A stretch of 59,183 nucleotides of DNA, the filler included. It is 8 parts of 8 records of this genome, joined end to end, with 100 filler letters (N's around TTAATTAATTAA, not from the genome) between each part and the next. Parts side by side here need not be neighbours in the genome. Positions count along the whole stretch, not along the records: positions 25,690 to 31,891 come from SRR31147125_64008; positions 31,992 to 40,880 come from SRR31147125_64016; 6 more parts are not named here. One strand, given 5' to 3'. The notes beneath the pieces were generated by a model. The model saw nothing but the letters and a program-made list of their open reading frames with translations, searched no databases and was not told the DNA's origin. The translations under genes and the position numbers were made by a program. Positions within the stretch are counted from its first letter, which is position 1, and each line of letters begins with the position of its first letter. Positions 29,801 through 40,980 of this stretch are shown one piece after another.

Positions 29801-30559
29801 ATGGAAAAAAATGACCTGACCATCAGTCTGGCCCAGATCCGGATCCGGGATGGCAGAATTGAGGAAAATCTCCAGGACCACATTTTCGCCGCTGGGGCTT
29901 CAGCCTGCCACGGCGCCCAGGTGGTGGTCTTTCCCGAACTCTCCCTGACCGGTTACGCCCTTGACCTGGCCGGGGCGCTGGCCCTGGATTGGGATAATGG
30001 GGTTATCCCTTCCCTGTCAGATACCGCAGTGGCCCAAAACATCATTATCATTGCCGGCTGCCCGGTCAAGCACCCCGGCGCCAAGCCCTGTATCGGGGCG
30101 TTCATCTTTTTCCCGGACGGGACAACCCGGGTCTATCAAAAGCAGCACCTCCACGAAGGGGAGGGGGCCTATTGTTCCCCGGGCCAGAAAGATTTCAGGT
30201 TTGACTGCCGGGGGTATACCATTTCCCTTGCCATCTGCGCCGATTTCACCCATTTCTCCCATCCCTTGTCAGCCAAAAAGGCAGGTGCTGATATTTATCT
30301 GGTCTCTGCCCTGGTTTCGGAAAACGGGTATGGAACGGATGCCGGGATCCTTTCTAAAATCGCCCGGACCCATAATTTTCCGGTTTTGCTCTCAAACCAT
30401 ATTTCCCGGACCGGAGGGTGGAATACCTGTGGCAAAAGCTGCGCCTGGGACAGTTCAGGTGAGATTGTCATATCCGCCAGGGCCAGGGAGACCGGGCTGG
30501 TCCTCTGCACCTTGACCCGGGGAGGTCTGGGAGGGAAGTGGGTCCCTCTGGCGGATTGA
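29801..30559 (+). CDS. Carbon-nitrogen hydrolase (nitrilase superfamily)
   Basis: Glu-Lys-Cys triad: FPELSLTGY, YQKQHL, ICAD. Confidence 0.9.
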   Translation: MEKNDLTISLAQIRIRDGRIEENLQDHIFAAGASACHGAQVVVFPELSLTGYALDLAGALALDWDNGVIPSLSDTAVAQNIIIIAGCPVKHPGAKPCIGAFIFFPDGTTRVYQKQHLHEGEGAYCSPGQKDFRFDCRGYTISLAICADFTHFSHPLSAKKAGADIYLVSALVSENGYGTDAGILSKIARTHNFPVLLSNHISRTGGWNTCGKSCAWDSSGEIVISARARETGLVLCTLTRGGLGGKWVPLAD

Positions 30560-30624
30560 TATGCAATACCCCCTTTATCTGTTTTTACGTCTTTTGGGGC
30601 GGGTATATCCGGGATGCGCATGTA

Positions 30625-30653
30625 TTGACACGCCCTATCTGTTTTCCTATACA
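30625..30653 (+). promoter_or_regulatory. Sigma70-type promoter candidate
   Basis: TTGACA-17-TATACA about 40 bp upstream of ATG 30694. Confidence 0.5.
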
Positions 30654-30693
30654 TGGGCTGGAATTTAACCTTAACCTTTTTGGGAAGGAAATC

Positions 30694-31017
30694 ATGAAAT
30701 CGATTCAAATTCTTGTGGCGGCTGTTCTGGCCTTTCTCCTGTCCGTCTGTCCGGCCCAGGCCGGTATGCGCTGCGGCAACGATATCATCTCCGAGGGGGA
30801 TACCAAGATGACGGTAAGGGTCAAAATTCAGAAATGCGGTGAGATTTTGGAAAGGGATACCTATACCAAAGTAACGGCCCAGGATGATTCTGTAACGGAG
30901 AAATTGATCGAACAATGGTATATCCGGATCAAGGAGAGGGGGAGTCATTATTGCTATCCATTGGAATTTGAAGAGGGCAGGCTGACGACCATCGGTCAAT
31001 GGACCCGGTGCGATTAG
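30694..31017 (+). CDS. Small secreted protein, DUF2845-like
   Basis: RBS AAGGA; signal peptide ending AQA; MRCGNDIISEGD...KCG...EQWY...FEEGRL. Confidence 0.7.
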   Translation: MKSIQILVAAVLAFLLSVCPAQAGMRCGNDIISEGDTKMTVRVKIQKCGEILERDTYTKVTAQDDSVTEKLIEQWYIRIKERGSHYCYPLEFEEGRLTTIGQWTRCD

Positions 31018-31071
31018 GCCATGTTCTGAAGCTCACAGGGATGCCCCCAATGGAACCCTTTTTTACCCGGA

Positions 31072-31890
31072 TCATTTTTTCCAGAATTCAGGCACAAGGA
31101 GAATAATCACGGTATAAAGCTCCAGGCGGCCGGCCAGCATACACCAGGACAACAGCCATTTGCCGGCGCCGGGCAGGTGGGCGAAGTTTTCTGTGGGTCC
31201 CACAGTGCCGAATCCCGGGCCGATATTGCCGATGCATGAGGCCGTGGCCCCGATGGCTGTGAGCATGTCCACACCCATGCCGGCCAAAAGGATGGAGGCC
31301 ATTACGAATACCAGGATGTACAGGCCTAAAAATCCCATGATGGACCGGAGCAGGTCTTCGGAGATGATGGCCTTGTTGACCCGGATATGGCTGACGCTCC
31401 TGGGATGGATCAGCTTGAATAATTCCCTGTAGGCAGATTTACAGCAGACCATGATCCGGGCAAACTTCATCCCCCCGCCCGTGGATCCGGCGCAGGCCCC
31501 CATGAACATGCAAAAAAAGATGATCACCTGGGAAAGGCCGGGAAACAGCTCGTAATCCGCCGTGGCAAAGCCTGTGGTGGTGATGATGGAGGCCACCTGG
31601 AAGGCGGCGAACCTGAAGGCCTCTGAAAAGCTGTTGAATACCGGGCCAAGGGTGTTGAAGGTGATGATTAGGGTGATGGCCAGTACCGCACCCAGGAAAA
31701 ATCTGCATTCACTGTCCTGCCAAAGGGCCAGGGCGCGTCCCCTGAGCATCTGAAAATGGAGGGAAAAATTGACACCGGCCAGGAGCATGAAGATGGTGAG
31801 GACATAATCAAAATAGGCGGAATCGTAATGGGCAATGGAACTGTTTTTCGGGGAGAATCCGCCTGTGGGCAGGGTGGTCAGGGCATGGCA
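31072..31890 (-). CDS. trkH: TrkH potassium uptake protein, 5'-truncated
   Basis: TLPTGGF, TTTGFATAD, GSTGGGMK, GNIGPG, GRLELYT. Confidence 0.92.
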   Translation of the reverse strand, partial: CHALTTLPTGGFSPKNSSIAHYDSAYFDYVLTIFMLLAGVNFSLHFQMLRGRALALWQDSECRFFLGAVLAITLIITFNTLGPVFNSFSEAFRFAAFQVASIITTTGFATADYELFPGLSQVIIFFCMFMGACAGSTGGGMKFARIMVCCKSAYRELFKLIHPRSVSHIRVNKAIISEDLLRSIMGFLGLYILVFVMASILLAGMGVDMLTAIGATASCIGNIGPGFGTVGPTENFAHLPGAGKWLLSWCMLAGRLELYTVIILLVPEFWKK

Positions 31891-31891
31891 G

Positions 31892-31991
31892 NNNNNNNNN
31901 NNNNNNNNNNNNNNNNNNNNNNNNNNNNNNNNNNNTTAATTAATTAANNNNNNNNNNNNNNNNNNNNNNNNNNNNNNNNNNNNNNNNNNNN
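31892..31991. other. Artificial contig spacer
   Basis: N-TTAATTAATTAA-N, 100 bp. Confidence 0.98.
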
Positions 31992-32032
31992 TATGTTTTT
32001 ATAAAGCAACACAGAAAGGGTATTTTCTGATT

Positions 32033-33373
32033 ATGGCAAAAAGAACAACGCAGTTTGTCTGTTCCAATTGTGGATGTGTCCAATCTAGATGGTCTGGTCA
32101 GTGTCCTGATTGCTCAAGCTGGAACACATTAGAAGAGCATGCTATAACTAGTGCAAAAACCAAATCAGCAAAAGCCTCAAATTCTGTTTTAGATTTGGAT
32201 AAAATATCAACAAACAATAGCCAAAGAGTTTCTTCTGGATTTTTAGAACTCAACAGAGTTTTAGGCGGCGGTATCGTTAAAGGAAGCGTAGTTTTAGCCG
32301 GCGGTGAACCAGGAATAGGTAAATCCACTTTGTTTTTAAAGGTTGTAGATAACATTGCATATGAAGGCAAAAAAGTTCTTTATATCAGTGCCGAAGAATC
32401 TGATTCTCAAATTAAAATGAGAGCTGATAGGATTGGTATTAGCTCTGGCAATATAAAGCTTTTGTGCGAAACAGAAATGGATACGATTTTAGCTACAATT
32501 GAAAGTTTAAACCCAGACTATATTATAGTTGATTCAATACAAACTATCTACGATCCAAAGCTATCAAGTATGCCAGGAAGCGTCAGTCAAGTTAAAGAAT
32601 GTAGTCTAAATTTTACAAGATACGCAAAGAAAAACGATTGTGCAATATTTATTATAGGCCATGTAACCAAAGAAGGGTCTATTGCTGGTCCTAAAGTTTT
32701 GGAACACATTGTGGATACAGTTTTATATTTTGAAGGTGAAAAAAACGGTACACTTAGAATACTACGATGTGTAAAAAATCGTTTTGGAAGTGCAAATGAG
32801 ATTGGAATCTTTGATATGCAAAGCAGTGGAATGGTTGAAGTATTAAACCCTTCTGGCATACTGTTATCCGATATAGATGAAAAAAGCTCTGGCTCTTGTG
32901 TCTATTGTGCTATAGAGGGAACAAGGCCCGTGCTCATAGAGGTCCAGGCGCTTGTCAGTACAACTGCTTTGGCTGTTCCAAGGCGTGTTGTTACTGGTGC
33001 TGATTATAACAGAGTCAATATGATTGTTGCTGTTTTAGAAAAAAAACTAGGGCTTAAGCTTTATAATCAAGATATATTTGTAAACATAGCAGGCGGTATA
33101 AAGATTTCTGACCCCTCGGCAGATCTTGCAATAGCTGCTTGTATAGTTTCGTCCTTTAGATCTAAACCTTGCAACAAAAGCATGGTTATTGTTGGTGAAA
33201 TCGGTCTTACAGGAGAAGTCAGAGCCGTTTCTATGCCTACAAAGCGAATAAACGAAGCAGAAAAACTAGGTTTTGATAGAATAGTGCTTCCTCAGAAAAA
33301 CTCTGATGAAGATTGTAAAATAAAAAAATGTAAAGTCAAAGATATTTGGCAAGCATTGGAGTATATTATTTAA
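32033..33373 (+). CDS. radA: DNA repair protein RadA/Sms
   Basis: C4 zinc finger, GEPGIGKSTL, KNRFG, Lon-like C-terminus GEIGLTGEVR. Confidence 0.97.
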   Translation: MAKRTTQFVCSNCGCVQSRWSGQCPDCSSWNTLEEHAITSAKTKSAKASNSVLDLDKISTNNSQRVSSGFLELNRVLGGGIVKGSVVLAGGEPGIGKSTLFLKVVDNIAYEGKKVLYISAEESDSQIKMRADRIGISSGNIKLLCETEMDTILATIESLNPDYIIVDSIQTIYDPKLSSMPGSVSQVKECSLNFTRYAKKNDCAIFIIGHVTKEGSIAGPKVLEHIVDTVLYFEGEKNGTLRILRCVKNRFGSANEIGIFDMQSSGMVEVLNPSGILLSDIDEKSSGSCVYCAIEGTRPVLIEVQALVSTTALAVPRRVVTGADYNRVNMIVAVLEKKLGLKLYNQDIFVNIAGGIKISDPSADLAIAACIVSSFRSKPCNKSMVIVGEIGLTGEVRAVSMPTKRINEAEKLGFDRIVLPQKNSDEDCKIKKCKVKDIWQALEYII

Positions 33374-33484
33374 TATGCTACAAAAAAACACTAAAATAAA
33401 TATAGTTTTTAATTAAAAAACATATTACTTTATAGATAGATAAAAAATAATTTATATAAGTTTATACATAAAAAGGAGTATACT

Positions 33485-34396
33485 ATGGTTTATGATGTTT
33501 TAATTATTGGTGCAGGTCCTGCTGGTCTTAGTGCAGGTATTTATGCAGCAAGAGCAGGCTTTAGTTGTTTGGTTTTCGAAAAATTGTTCCCTGGCGGTCA
33601 AGCTGCAAAGACAGACGTAATAGAGAATTATCCTGGAATAAGCTCTATAACAGGAATAGAGTTTGCTATGCAAATGCAGCAGCACGCAGTAGCATCTGGT
33701 GTTAAAATTGAAACAGGAGACATTACTAAGCTTGTTACTGATGGTGATATAAAAGAAGTTCACACTGGCGATAGTGTTTACAAATGCAAAACAATCATAA
33801 TTGCAACTGGTGCTGTTCCAAGAAAATTGGGTTTAGAATCTGAATTAAGGCTTGCAGGAAAAGGCGTTTCTTATTGTGCTACATGTGACGGTAACTTTTT
33901 TAGAGGCAAGGATATTGCGGTTATCGGAGGTGGGGATTCTGCTGTAGAAGAAGCACTGTATCTTTCGAATATCGCTAACAAGGTTTATATAGTTCATAGA
34001 AGAGATCAGTTTAGGGCAAAGCAATATTTAGTAGATAAGATTAAAGCAAATGAAAAAGTCGAAATTATATGGGATTCTAACTTAGCAGAAATAAAAGGTG
34101 AAGCTAATGTTACATCTTTTGTTGTCAAAAATAAAAATACTGATGAGTTAAGAGAAATTCCTGTCAGCGCAGTTTTTGTTTCTGTTGGGGTTTTACCTGA
34201 AAGTAATTTTGTTAAAGACATTTTAAAAGTTAATGAAGGTGGCTATATTATTACAGACGAAAGCCTACAAACAAGCATACCGGGCGTTTTTGCTGCTGGT
34301 GATGTTAGAAAAAAATCATTAAGACAAATTGTAACTGCGGCTTCTGATGGCGCTATTTGTGTAACGTCAGTAGAGCACTACTTAAATCAGCAATAA
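33485..34396 (+). CDS. trxB: Thioredoxin-disulfide reductase
   Basis: GAGPAG, CATCDG, GGGDSAVEEA, FAAGDV. Confidence 0.96.
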   Translation: MVYDVLIIGAGPAGLSAGIYAARAGFSCLVFEKLFPGGQAAKTDVIENYPGISSITGIEFAMQMQQHAVASGVKIETGDITKLVTDGDIKEVHTGDSVYKCKTIIIATGAVPRKLGLESELRLAGKGVSYCATCDGNFFRGKDIAVIGGGDSAVEEALYLSNIANKVYIVHRRDQFRAKQYLVDKIKANEKVEIIWDSNLAEIKGEANVTSFVVKNKNTDELREIPVSAVFVSVGVLPESNFVKDILKVNEGGYIITDESLQTSIPGVFAAGDVRKKSLRQIVTAASDGAICVTSVEHYLNQQ

Positions 34397-34402
34397 TAAT
34401 GG

Positions 34403-34430
34403 ACTATACCAGTTTGCAAATTGGTATAGT
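34403..34430. terminator. Near-perfect 28-bp palindrome after trxB (terminator or operator)
   Basis: ACTATACCAGTTTGCAAATTGGTATAGT. Confidence 0.5.
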
Positions 34431-34509
34431 TTATAATATAATCGTGTTGCAAAATAGCTGAAAATATAAATATAACAATGCAACGAAGCATTTTTGGAGG
34501 TATTAAATT

Positions 34510-35852
34510 ATGGGGCGTTTATTTGGAACAGATGGAGTTAGAGGAGTTGCTAACCAAAAACTAACTTGCGATCTTGCGTTCAAACTCGGTCAGGCTGGTG
34601 CTCTTGTTTTAACTAACGAAGTACATAAGGCAAAAATTCTTATAGGTAAAGATACAAGATTATCCGGAGATATGCTTGAATCTGCAATGATTGCAGGAAT
34701 ATGCTCTGTAGGTGCAGAAGCTATGATTACTGGTGTAATACCCACTCCTGCTATAGCGCATCTTACAAAAAAATATGGTGCAGACGCTGGTGTTATGATA
34801 TCCGCTTCACACAATACTGTAGAATATAACGGAATCAAGTTTTTTTCATCAAAAGGATTAAAGCTTGAAGACCATATAGAGGACAAAATTGAAGAAATAA
34901 TATTTAGTGATACACCTATACAGTTACCTACAGGAATAGAAGTAGGTAGAAAGGTTGTTATACGAAACGCAGCAGAACAATACAGAGATTTTTTACATTA
35001 TTCAACAGATCAAAGATTTCACGGTCTTAAAATAGTTTTAGACTGTGCTCACGGCTCAGCATCAAATATCGCTCCAGCAGTTTTTGGAAGGCTAGGAGGA
35101 GAGATTGTTGCCTATTACAACACACCCGATGGAACCAATATAAATGATAATTGTGGATCAACCCATCCATCAACACTCTGCAGTTTAGTGCAAGAACTTG
35201 GAGCAGATGTTGGTTTGGCTTTTGATGGCGATGCCGACAGGCTTATTGCTGTTGATGAAAACGGTATTTTAGTTGATGGCGATACTATCATGGCTATTTG
35301 TGCTATGGATATGAAAAAACGTGATCTTTTAAACAAGGATACAATTGTAGCAACAGTTATGAGCAACTTAGGGTTAAAGCTTGGTATGAAAAAACAAGGC
35401 ATTAATATTGTTGAAACTAAAGTTGGCGACAGATACGTTTTAGAAGAGATTATAAAAGAGGGTTATAATTTTGGCGGAGAACAATCTGGTCATATAATTT
35501 TTTCTGATTTTAACACAACTGGTGACGGTGTTTTATCTGGCATACAACTCATAAGCGTAATGCGAAGAGAACATAAACCACTTAGCAAGCTTGCTAAGTG
35601 TATAGATATATTGCCTCAGGTTTTAGTTAATGCAAAAGTTGCAGAAGAAAACAAATCCTTATATCTTGAAGATAAAGAGATTCAAGATATGATTGAAAAA
35701 CTAGATAAAGAGTTTTCTGGTAAAGGCAGAGTTTTAATAAGACCATCTGGAACCGAACCACTCGTTAGAGTTATGTTAGAGGGGAAAACCAATCTTACAT
35801 TGAAAAGAAAGCTTATACCTTAGCAAAGCTTATAGAAGAAAAAAGCGTTTAA
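34510..35852 (+). CDS. glmM: Phosphoglucosamine mutase; apparent frameshift in the last ~25 codons
   Basis: FGTDGVRG, ISASHN, DGDADR, GGEQSGH, RPSGTEP; shift at GGGGAAAA near 35781-35788, the other frame ending LAKLIEEKSV. Confidence 0.93.
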
Positions 35853-35881
35853 TTATTTTAGACTAAAGGAGTTTTAATACT

Positions 35882-37705
35882 ATGTGTGGTATTGTAGGTT
35901 ATGTTGGACAAAAGGATTTAAAAGAGGTTTTGATAAGCGGTTTATCAAAATTGGAATATAGAGGATATGATAGTGCTGGTATTGCGTACAACCAAAAAGG
36001 CACTATGAATGTTATTAAAACAAAAGGTAGATTAAAAGATTTAGACACAATTGTAAACGATATCGGAGAAAATACATTTGGCGGTATTGGTCATACAAGA
36101 TGGGCAACGCATGGTGAACCGTCAAACGTAAATTCCCATCCGCATACGAATGAAAGCAACGACATTGCTGTTGTTCATAATGGTATTATCGAAAATTATC
36201 TTGAAATTAAAGAATGGCTACAAGAAAAGGGCATGGTTTTTCTTTCTGAGACAGATACAGAGGTAATTGTTCATTTAGTAGAGTATTACTATAAGGGTGA
36301 TCTTCATGATGCTGTTACCGAGGCTGCTAAGACCCTTAGAGGCTCTTATGCGCTTGGAGTTATATCTTTGAATCATCCTGATGAAATTGTTGCATTAAAA
36401 AAAGATAGTCCTCTTATTATTGGTGTAGGTCAAGATGAAAATTATATAGCATCTGATATACCAGCCATTTTGAATTACACAAATAAATCGTACCTTTTGC
36501 AAGATGGCGAATCAGCAATTATTAAAAGAGACAGTGTGCAGATTTTTGATGAATACGGCGAGCCGTGTGAAAAAGAAATCTTCGAATATACTTGGGATAT
36601 CGCTTCTGCTCAAAAAGGCGGATTTGAACACTTTATGATAAAAGAGATCCACGAACAGCCAAAAGCTGTAAGAGATACTTTGATGCCTAGGATTGTTGAT
36701 GGAAGATTGAATATCCCTGAGTTGGAAATGGATGAGGCTTTCGTTAAGAACATCAATAAAATTCACGTTGTTGCATGTGGAACAGCATATCATTCATGTG
36801 TTATGGGTAAATATTTGATAGAAAAGCATGCAAGAATACCTGTTGAAGCAAGCATCGCTTCTGAATTTAGGTACAAAGACCCAATACTGTGTAAAAACGA
36901 TGTTTTAATAATTGTATCGCAGTCTGGTGAAACAGCAGATACTATTGCTGCTATGCGTGAAGCTAGGAAAAACGGACTAAGAGTAATAGCTATTACAAAT
37001 GTTGTTGGGAGCACCATAGCAAGAGAAGCGGATAACGTAATCATCACGCATGCAGGCCCTGAAATTGCTGTTGCTTCTACTAAAGCGTATCTTACACAAA
37101 TACTTTGTTACTATATGATAGCTATAAACCTTTCATATTTAAACAAAAAGATGGATGAAAAAACATATGACAAATATGTTTCAGCACTTACAAAAATACC
37201 AGAATCGATTGAAAAGATTTTGGATCAAAAAAATGTGTTACAGAAGCTTGCAACAAAACAATTTAATCAACCTAGCGTTTTCTTTTTAGGCAGAGGTTTA
37301 GATTATGCAATATCATTAGAAGCCTCTTTAAAACTAAAAGAAATCTCATATATTCACTCAGAAGCATATGCGGCTGGTGAATTGAAGCATGGAACTATTG
37401 CGCTGATTGAAGATAATACTTTGGTTATTGCCTCATTAACGCAATCCGATTTGTACGAAAAAACAATAAGCAATGTTAAAGAGGTTAAAGCAAGAGGTGC
37501 ATATACTGTTGGTGTTGCACTAGAATCTAACAAGGATGCAGAAAAACATTTGGATGAAGTTGTATATGTTCCCGATTGCCCTGATATGTTAGCACCTCTT
37601 TTAACCATCGTTCCAATGCAGCTTTTTGCTTACTATATGTCTGTAGAAAAAGGTTGCGACGTAGATAAACCAAGAAATCTTGCAAAATCCGTCACAGTAG
37701 AGTAA
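35882..37705 (+). CDS. glmS: Glutamine-fructose-6-phosphate transaminase
   Basis: MCGIVG, GHTRWATHG, SQSGETADT, PRNLAKSVTVE. Confidence 0.98.
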   Translation: MCGIVGYVGQKDLKEVLISGLSKLEYRGYDSAGIAYNQKGTMNVIKTKGRLKDLDTIVNDIGENTFGGIGHTRWATHGEPSNVNSHPHTNESNDIAVVHNGIIENYLEIKEWLQEKGMVFLSETDTEVIVHLVEYYYKGDLHDAVTEAAKTLRGSYALGVISLNHPDEIVALKKDSPLIIGVGQDENYIASDIPAILNYTNKSYLLQDGESAIIKRDSVQIFDEYGEPCEKEIFEYTWDIASAQKGGFEHFMIKEIHEQPKAVRDTLMPRIVDGRLNIPELEMDEAFVKNINKIHVVACGTAYHSCVMGKYLIEKHARIPVEASIASEFRYKDPILCKNDVLIIVSQSGETADTIAAMREARKNGLRVIAITNVVGSTIAREADNVIITHAGPEIAVASTKAYLTQILCYYMIAINLSYLNKKMDEKTYDKYVSALTKIPESIEKILDQKNVLQKLATKQFNQPSVFFLGRGLDYAISLEASLKLKEISYIHSEAYAAGELKHGTIALIEDNTLVIASLTQSDLYEKTISNVKEVKARGAYTVGVALESNKDAEKHLDEVVYVPDCPDMLAPLLTIVPMQLFAYYMSVEKGCDVDKPRNLAKSVTVE

Positions 37706-37728
37706 TATAATTAAGGTATAAATATTAG

Positions 37729-37767
37729 CTGTATGTGTAATAATTTTTATTATACATACAGTTTTTT
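37729..37767 (+). terminator. Intrinsic terminator after glmS
   Basis: CTGTATGTGTAATAA/TTATTATACATACAG followed by T6. Confidence 0.8.
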
Positions 37768-37796
37768 ATTTACAAATATGCAGATAGGAGAAACCC

Positions 37797-38306
37797 ATGA
37801 CAAAGCAATTATTGCCTGAAAAAGATATGTATGATCTTGCGCTTAGTGTTGCTAAAAAGGCTCATAAAAATCAAGTCGACAAAACAGGTAACGCTTATAT
37901 AAACCATCCAATCGCGGTTGCTGGTATGCTAAAAACTTATCTTTACAAAACAGTTGGGCTTTTGCACGATGTCGTTGAAGATAGCGATTATTCTTTAAAC
38001 GACCTTGAGAATCTTGGGTTTACAAACGAGATAATAGATGCAGTTGATGCTCTTACAAAAAAGAAAGACGAAGAGAGAGAACATTACATTGAAAGAGTAA
38101 AGCAAAATAAAATTGCTTTGATCGTTAAAATTGCTGATGCTACACATAACAGCAATGTAACCAGATACAAAACACCTACAAAAGAGCAAATTGAGAAATC
38201 AAAACAGTACTTTGATTTAGCGCAAAATTTAAGACAACATTTAAAATCTATATTACCGAAAAGTGAAAACATTCAATACCCTACACTGAAAGATGAAAGT
38301 GAGTAA
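37797..38306 (+). CDS. HD-domain protein, RelA/SpoT hydrolase-like (small alarmone hydrolase type)
   Basis: AHKNQVDKTGNAYINHP, LLHDVVEDS, ALTK, VKIAD. Confidence 0.8.
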   Translation: MTKQLLPEKDMYDLALSVAKKAHKNQVDKTGNAYINHPIAVAGMLKTYLYKTVGLLHDVVEDSDYSLNDLENLGFTNEIIDAVDALTKKKDEEREHYIERVKQNKIALIVKIADATHNSNVTRYKTPTKEQIEKSKQYFDLAQNLRQHLKSILPKSENIQYPTLKDESE

Positions 38307-38312
38307 AGTTCA

Positions 38313-38945
38313 ATGCAAATTATCACTGTTGCCGAGTTTATTGGTACAATAGCTTTTGCAATTTCTGGTGCAATGGTTGCTATAGAAAAAAATTTGGATT
38401 ACTACGGAGTGGTTGTACTATCAATATTAACTGCTCTTGGCGGTGGCATAATAAGAGATATTATAATAGGACAAACTCCACCTTTTGCTTTTGTAAACCC
38501 AATATATACGATCATAAGCATAGTAACTGCCTTTTTTGCAATCAAGTTCGATTATATCCTTCATAAGTTTTCCACTCTTTTTAAGCTTTTTGATACATTA
38601 GGGTTAGCCGCATTTGCGGTTATTGGCGCAAGAGTTTCTATAGAGTTTGGATTTGATACTTTTTTTATGATTGTTGCCATAACAATTATAACAAGCACTG
38701 GTGGCGGAATTATGCGTGATATATGTGCAAAAGAAATTCCTGCAGTATTAAGAAAAGGCGAAGTATACACAATTGCCGTAATAGTTGGAGCTTCATTTTA
38801 TGCATTAACATATAAATTGCTATTAACCAATGTTGTAGAGCTTTTAACCTTTTTAATTACGTTTACCATAAGGTTTTATTGTTCCTATAAAAACGTCAAA
38901 ATTCATATTGCAAAATCATCGTATTTCCCTACTGACAAAGAATAG
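38313..38945 (+). CDS. Trimeric intracellular cation channel (UPF0126) family protein
   Basis: GTIAFAISGA, TALGGGIIRD, DTLGLAAF, TGGGIMRD. Confidence 0.9.
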   Translation: MQIITVAEFIGTIAFAISGAMVAIEKNLDYYGVVVLSILTALGGGIIRDIIIGQTPPFAFVNPIYTIISIVTAFFAIKFDYILHKFSTLFKLFDTLGLAAFAVIGARVSIEFGFDTFFMIVAITIITSTGGGIMRDICAKEIPAVLRKGEVYTIAVIVGASFYALTYKLLLTNVVELLTFLITFTIRFYCSYKNVKIHIAKSSYFPTDKE

Positions 38946-39092
38946 TTTTTATAGGCTTTTATACTTTTTAAACTGATTTTTGCATACAAAAACTATAAAA
39001 ACCCTGTTAAAACAGCACTTTTTTATGTTATAATCAATTGCTATTTGAACTAAAATTAGTACTAACTTTAAATTAGTATAAGGGAGAGGTAA

Positions 39093-40760
39093 ATGAGTTA
39101 TAAATCGGATATTGAAATTGCTCAAAATGCACAAATCAAAGATATCTATGATATTTCTAATGCACTCGGCATTGATGAAAATTATATTGAAAAATACGGT
39201 AACCACAAAGCAAAGATTAAGCTTAAAGCTTTAACAGGTAAGAAAAAAGCAAAGCTAATACTTACAACAGCAATAAACCCAACTCCAGCAGGCGAAGGTA
39301 AAACAACAACAACAATCGGGCTTTCTGATGCACTTTGTGCCGTTGGTAAAAACGCTATAAGTGTTATAAGAGAACCATCTCTTGGTCCTGTTTTTGGTAT
39401 AAAAGGCGGAGCTGCTGGCGGCGGATATGCTCAAGTTATCCCTATGGAAGATATCAACCTGCATTTCACTGGCGATATCCACGCGATAAGTGCCGCTAAT
39501 AACCTTTTATCAGCAATGCTAGATAACCATATACATCAAGGAAACGATTTAAATATAGACACAAGAGACATATCGTGGCGTAGAGCAATTGATATGAATG
39601 AAAGACAGCTTAGAAACATAATAGGCGGTCTTGGAACAAAGTCTAATGGGTTTCCAAGGCAATGTGGTTTTGATATTACTGCAGCTTCTGAGGTTATGGC
39701 AGTTCTTTGCCTTGCAAAAGATGTTATAGACCTTAAAAGAAGACTTGGTAACATTGTTGTAGGTTACAATTTAGAAGGTAACCCTGTAACTGCAAAAGAT
39801 TTAAAAGCAGAAGGTGCTATGAGTGCTCTTTTAAAGGATGCAATAAAGCCAAATCTTGTTCAAACTCTAGAAAACAACCCAGCTATCGTGCACGGCGGGC
39901 CTTTTGCTAATATCGCACATGGTTGTAATTCTGCTATTGCTACAAGGCTTGGTATGGATTATGCAGATTATGTTGTGACAGAGGCTGGTTTCGGTGCTGA
40001 CCTTGGCGCAGAAAAGTTTTTAGATATTAAATGTAGAAAAACGGATATTGCACCAGATGCTGTAGTCTTGGTGACAACAGTTAGGGCTTTAAAATACAAC
40101 GGCGGTATTAAAAAGAAAGAACTCGACACAGAAAATATTGAAGCAGTTATAGCTGGTACAGCAAACTTAAAAAAACATCTTTCAAACTTAATTAACGAAT
40201 TCGGTATGAATGTTGTTGTTGCTATAAACAAGTTTCCAAACGATACTCAAAACGAGATTAACGCAATAGAAGATGAGTGTAAAAAACTTGGTGCAAACGT
40301 TGTTTTATCCGACGTTTGGGCAAAGGGTTCTAAAGGCGGTATAGAGCTTGCTAAAGAAGTTATAAGACTTTGCGATTTACCATCTAAACTGACTCATCCA
40401 TACGAGCTAACAGACTCCATTGAAAACAAAATTGAAGCAGTTGCAAAAAAAATCTATGGTGCGGGCAGTGTTGGTATTCTTTCCGGTGCTATGAGAAAGA
40501 TTAAGAAACTAGAAGAATTAGGATATGGTGATTTACCTGTATGTATTGCTAAAACTCAATATTCGCTTTCTGATAACCCAGAACTATTAGGGCGTCCTGA
40601 AGGGTATGAGTTTTTTATTAGAGACATAACACTAAGCGCAGGAGCTGGTTTTTTAGTTGCTTTATCAGGAAACATAATGAAAATGCCTGGACTTCCAAAA
40701 GTACCTAGCGCTGAACTTATTGATATTGATAAAGACGGTAATATTAGTGGATTGTTCTAA
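39093..40760 (+). CDS. fhs: Formate-tetrahydrofolate ligase
   Basis: [50 protein letters not shown]. Confidence 0.98.
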   Translation: MSYKSDIEIAQNAQIKDIYDISNALGIDENYIEKYGNHKAKIKLKALTGKKKAKLILTTAINPTPAGEGKTTTTIGLSDALCAVGKNAISVIREPSLGPVFGIKGGAAGGGYAQVIPMEDINLHFTGDIHAISAANNLLSAMLDNHIHQGNDLNIDTRDISWRRAIDMNERQLRNIIGGLGTKSNGFPRQCGFDITAASEVMAVLCLAKDVIDLKRRLGNIVVGYNLEGNPVTAKDLKAEGAMSALLKDAIKPNLVQTLENNPAIVHGGPFANIAHGCNSAIATRLGMDYADYVVTEAGFGADLGAEKFLDIKCRKTDIAPDAVVLVTTVRALKYNGGIKKKELDTENIEAVIAGTANLKKHLSNLINEFGMNVVVAINKFPNDTQNEINAIEDECKKLGANVVLSDVWAKGSKGGIELAKEVIRLCDLPSKLTHPYELTDSIENKIEAVAKKIYGAGSVGILSGAMRKIKKLEELGYGDLPVCIAKTQYSLSDNPELLGRPEGYEFFIRDITLSAGAGFLVALSGNIMKMPGLPKVPSAELIDIDKDGNISGLF

Positions 40761-40880
40761 AGCGTAAGATTATATAAAAAACAAACAACATCGAGCTTGA
40801 TATAATAGAGTGTCGAAAAACTGTTTGAGTTAGCAGACCGTAGAGAAAGTGTACAAGACAAGGAAAATAATTTCTCGCAA

Positions 40881-40980
40881 NNNNNNNNNNNNNNNNNNNN
40901 NNNNNNNNNNNNNNNNNNNNNNNNTTAATTAATTAANNNNNNNNNNNNNNNNNNNNNNNNNNNNNNNNNNNNNNNNNNNN
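40881..40980. other. Artificial contig spacer
   Basis: N-TTAATTAATTAA-N, 100 bp. Confidence 0.98.

Noticed and set aside
35853-35881. glmS ribozyme
   Set aside because: Only about 30 bp separate glmM and glmS; no room
38946-39092. ZTP or THF riboswitch upstream of fhs
   Set aside because: Short AT-rich spacer with no recognisable aptamer helices
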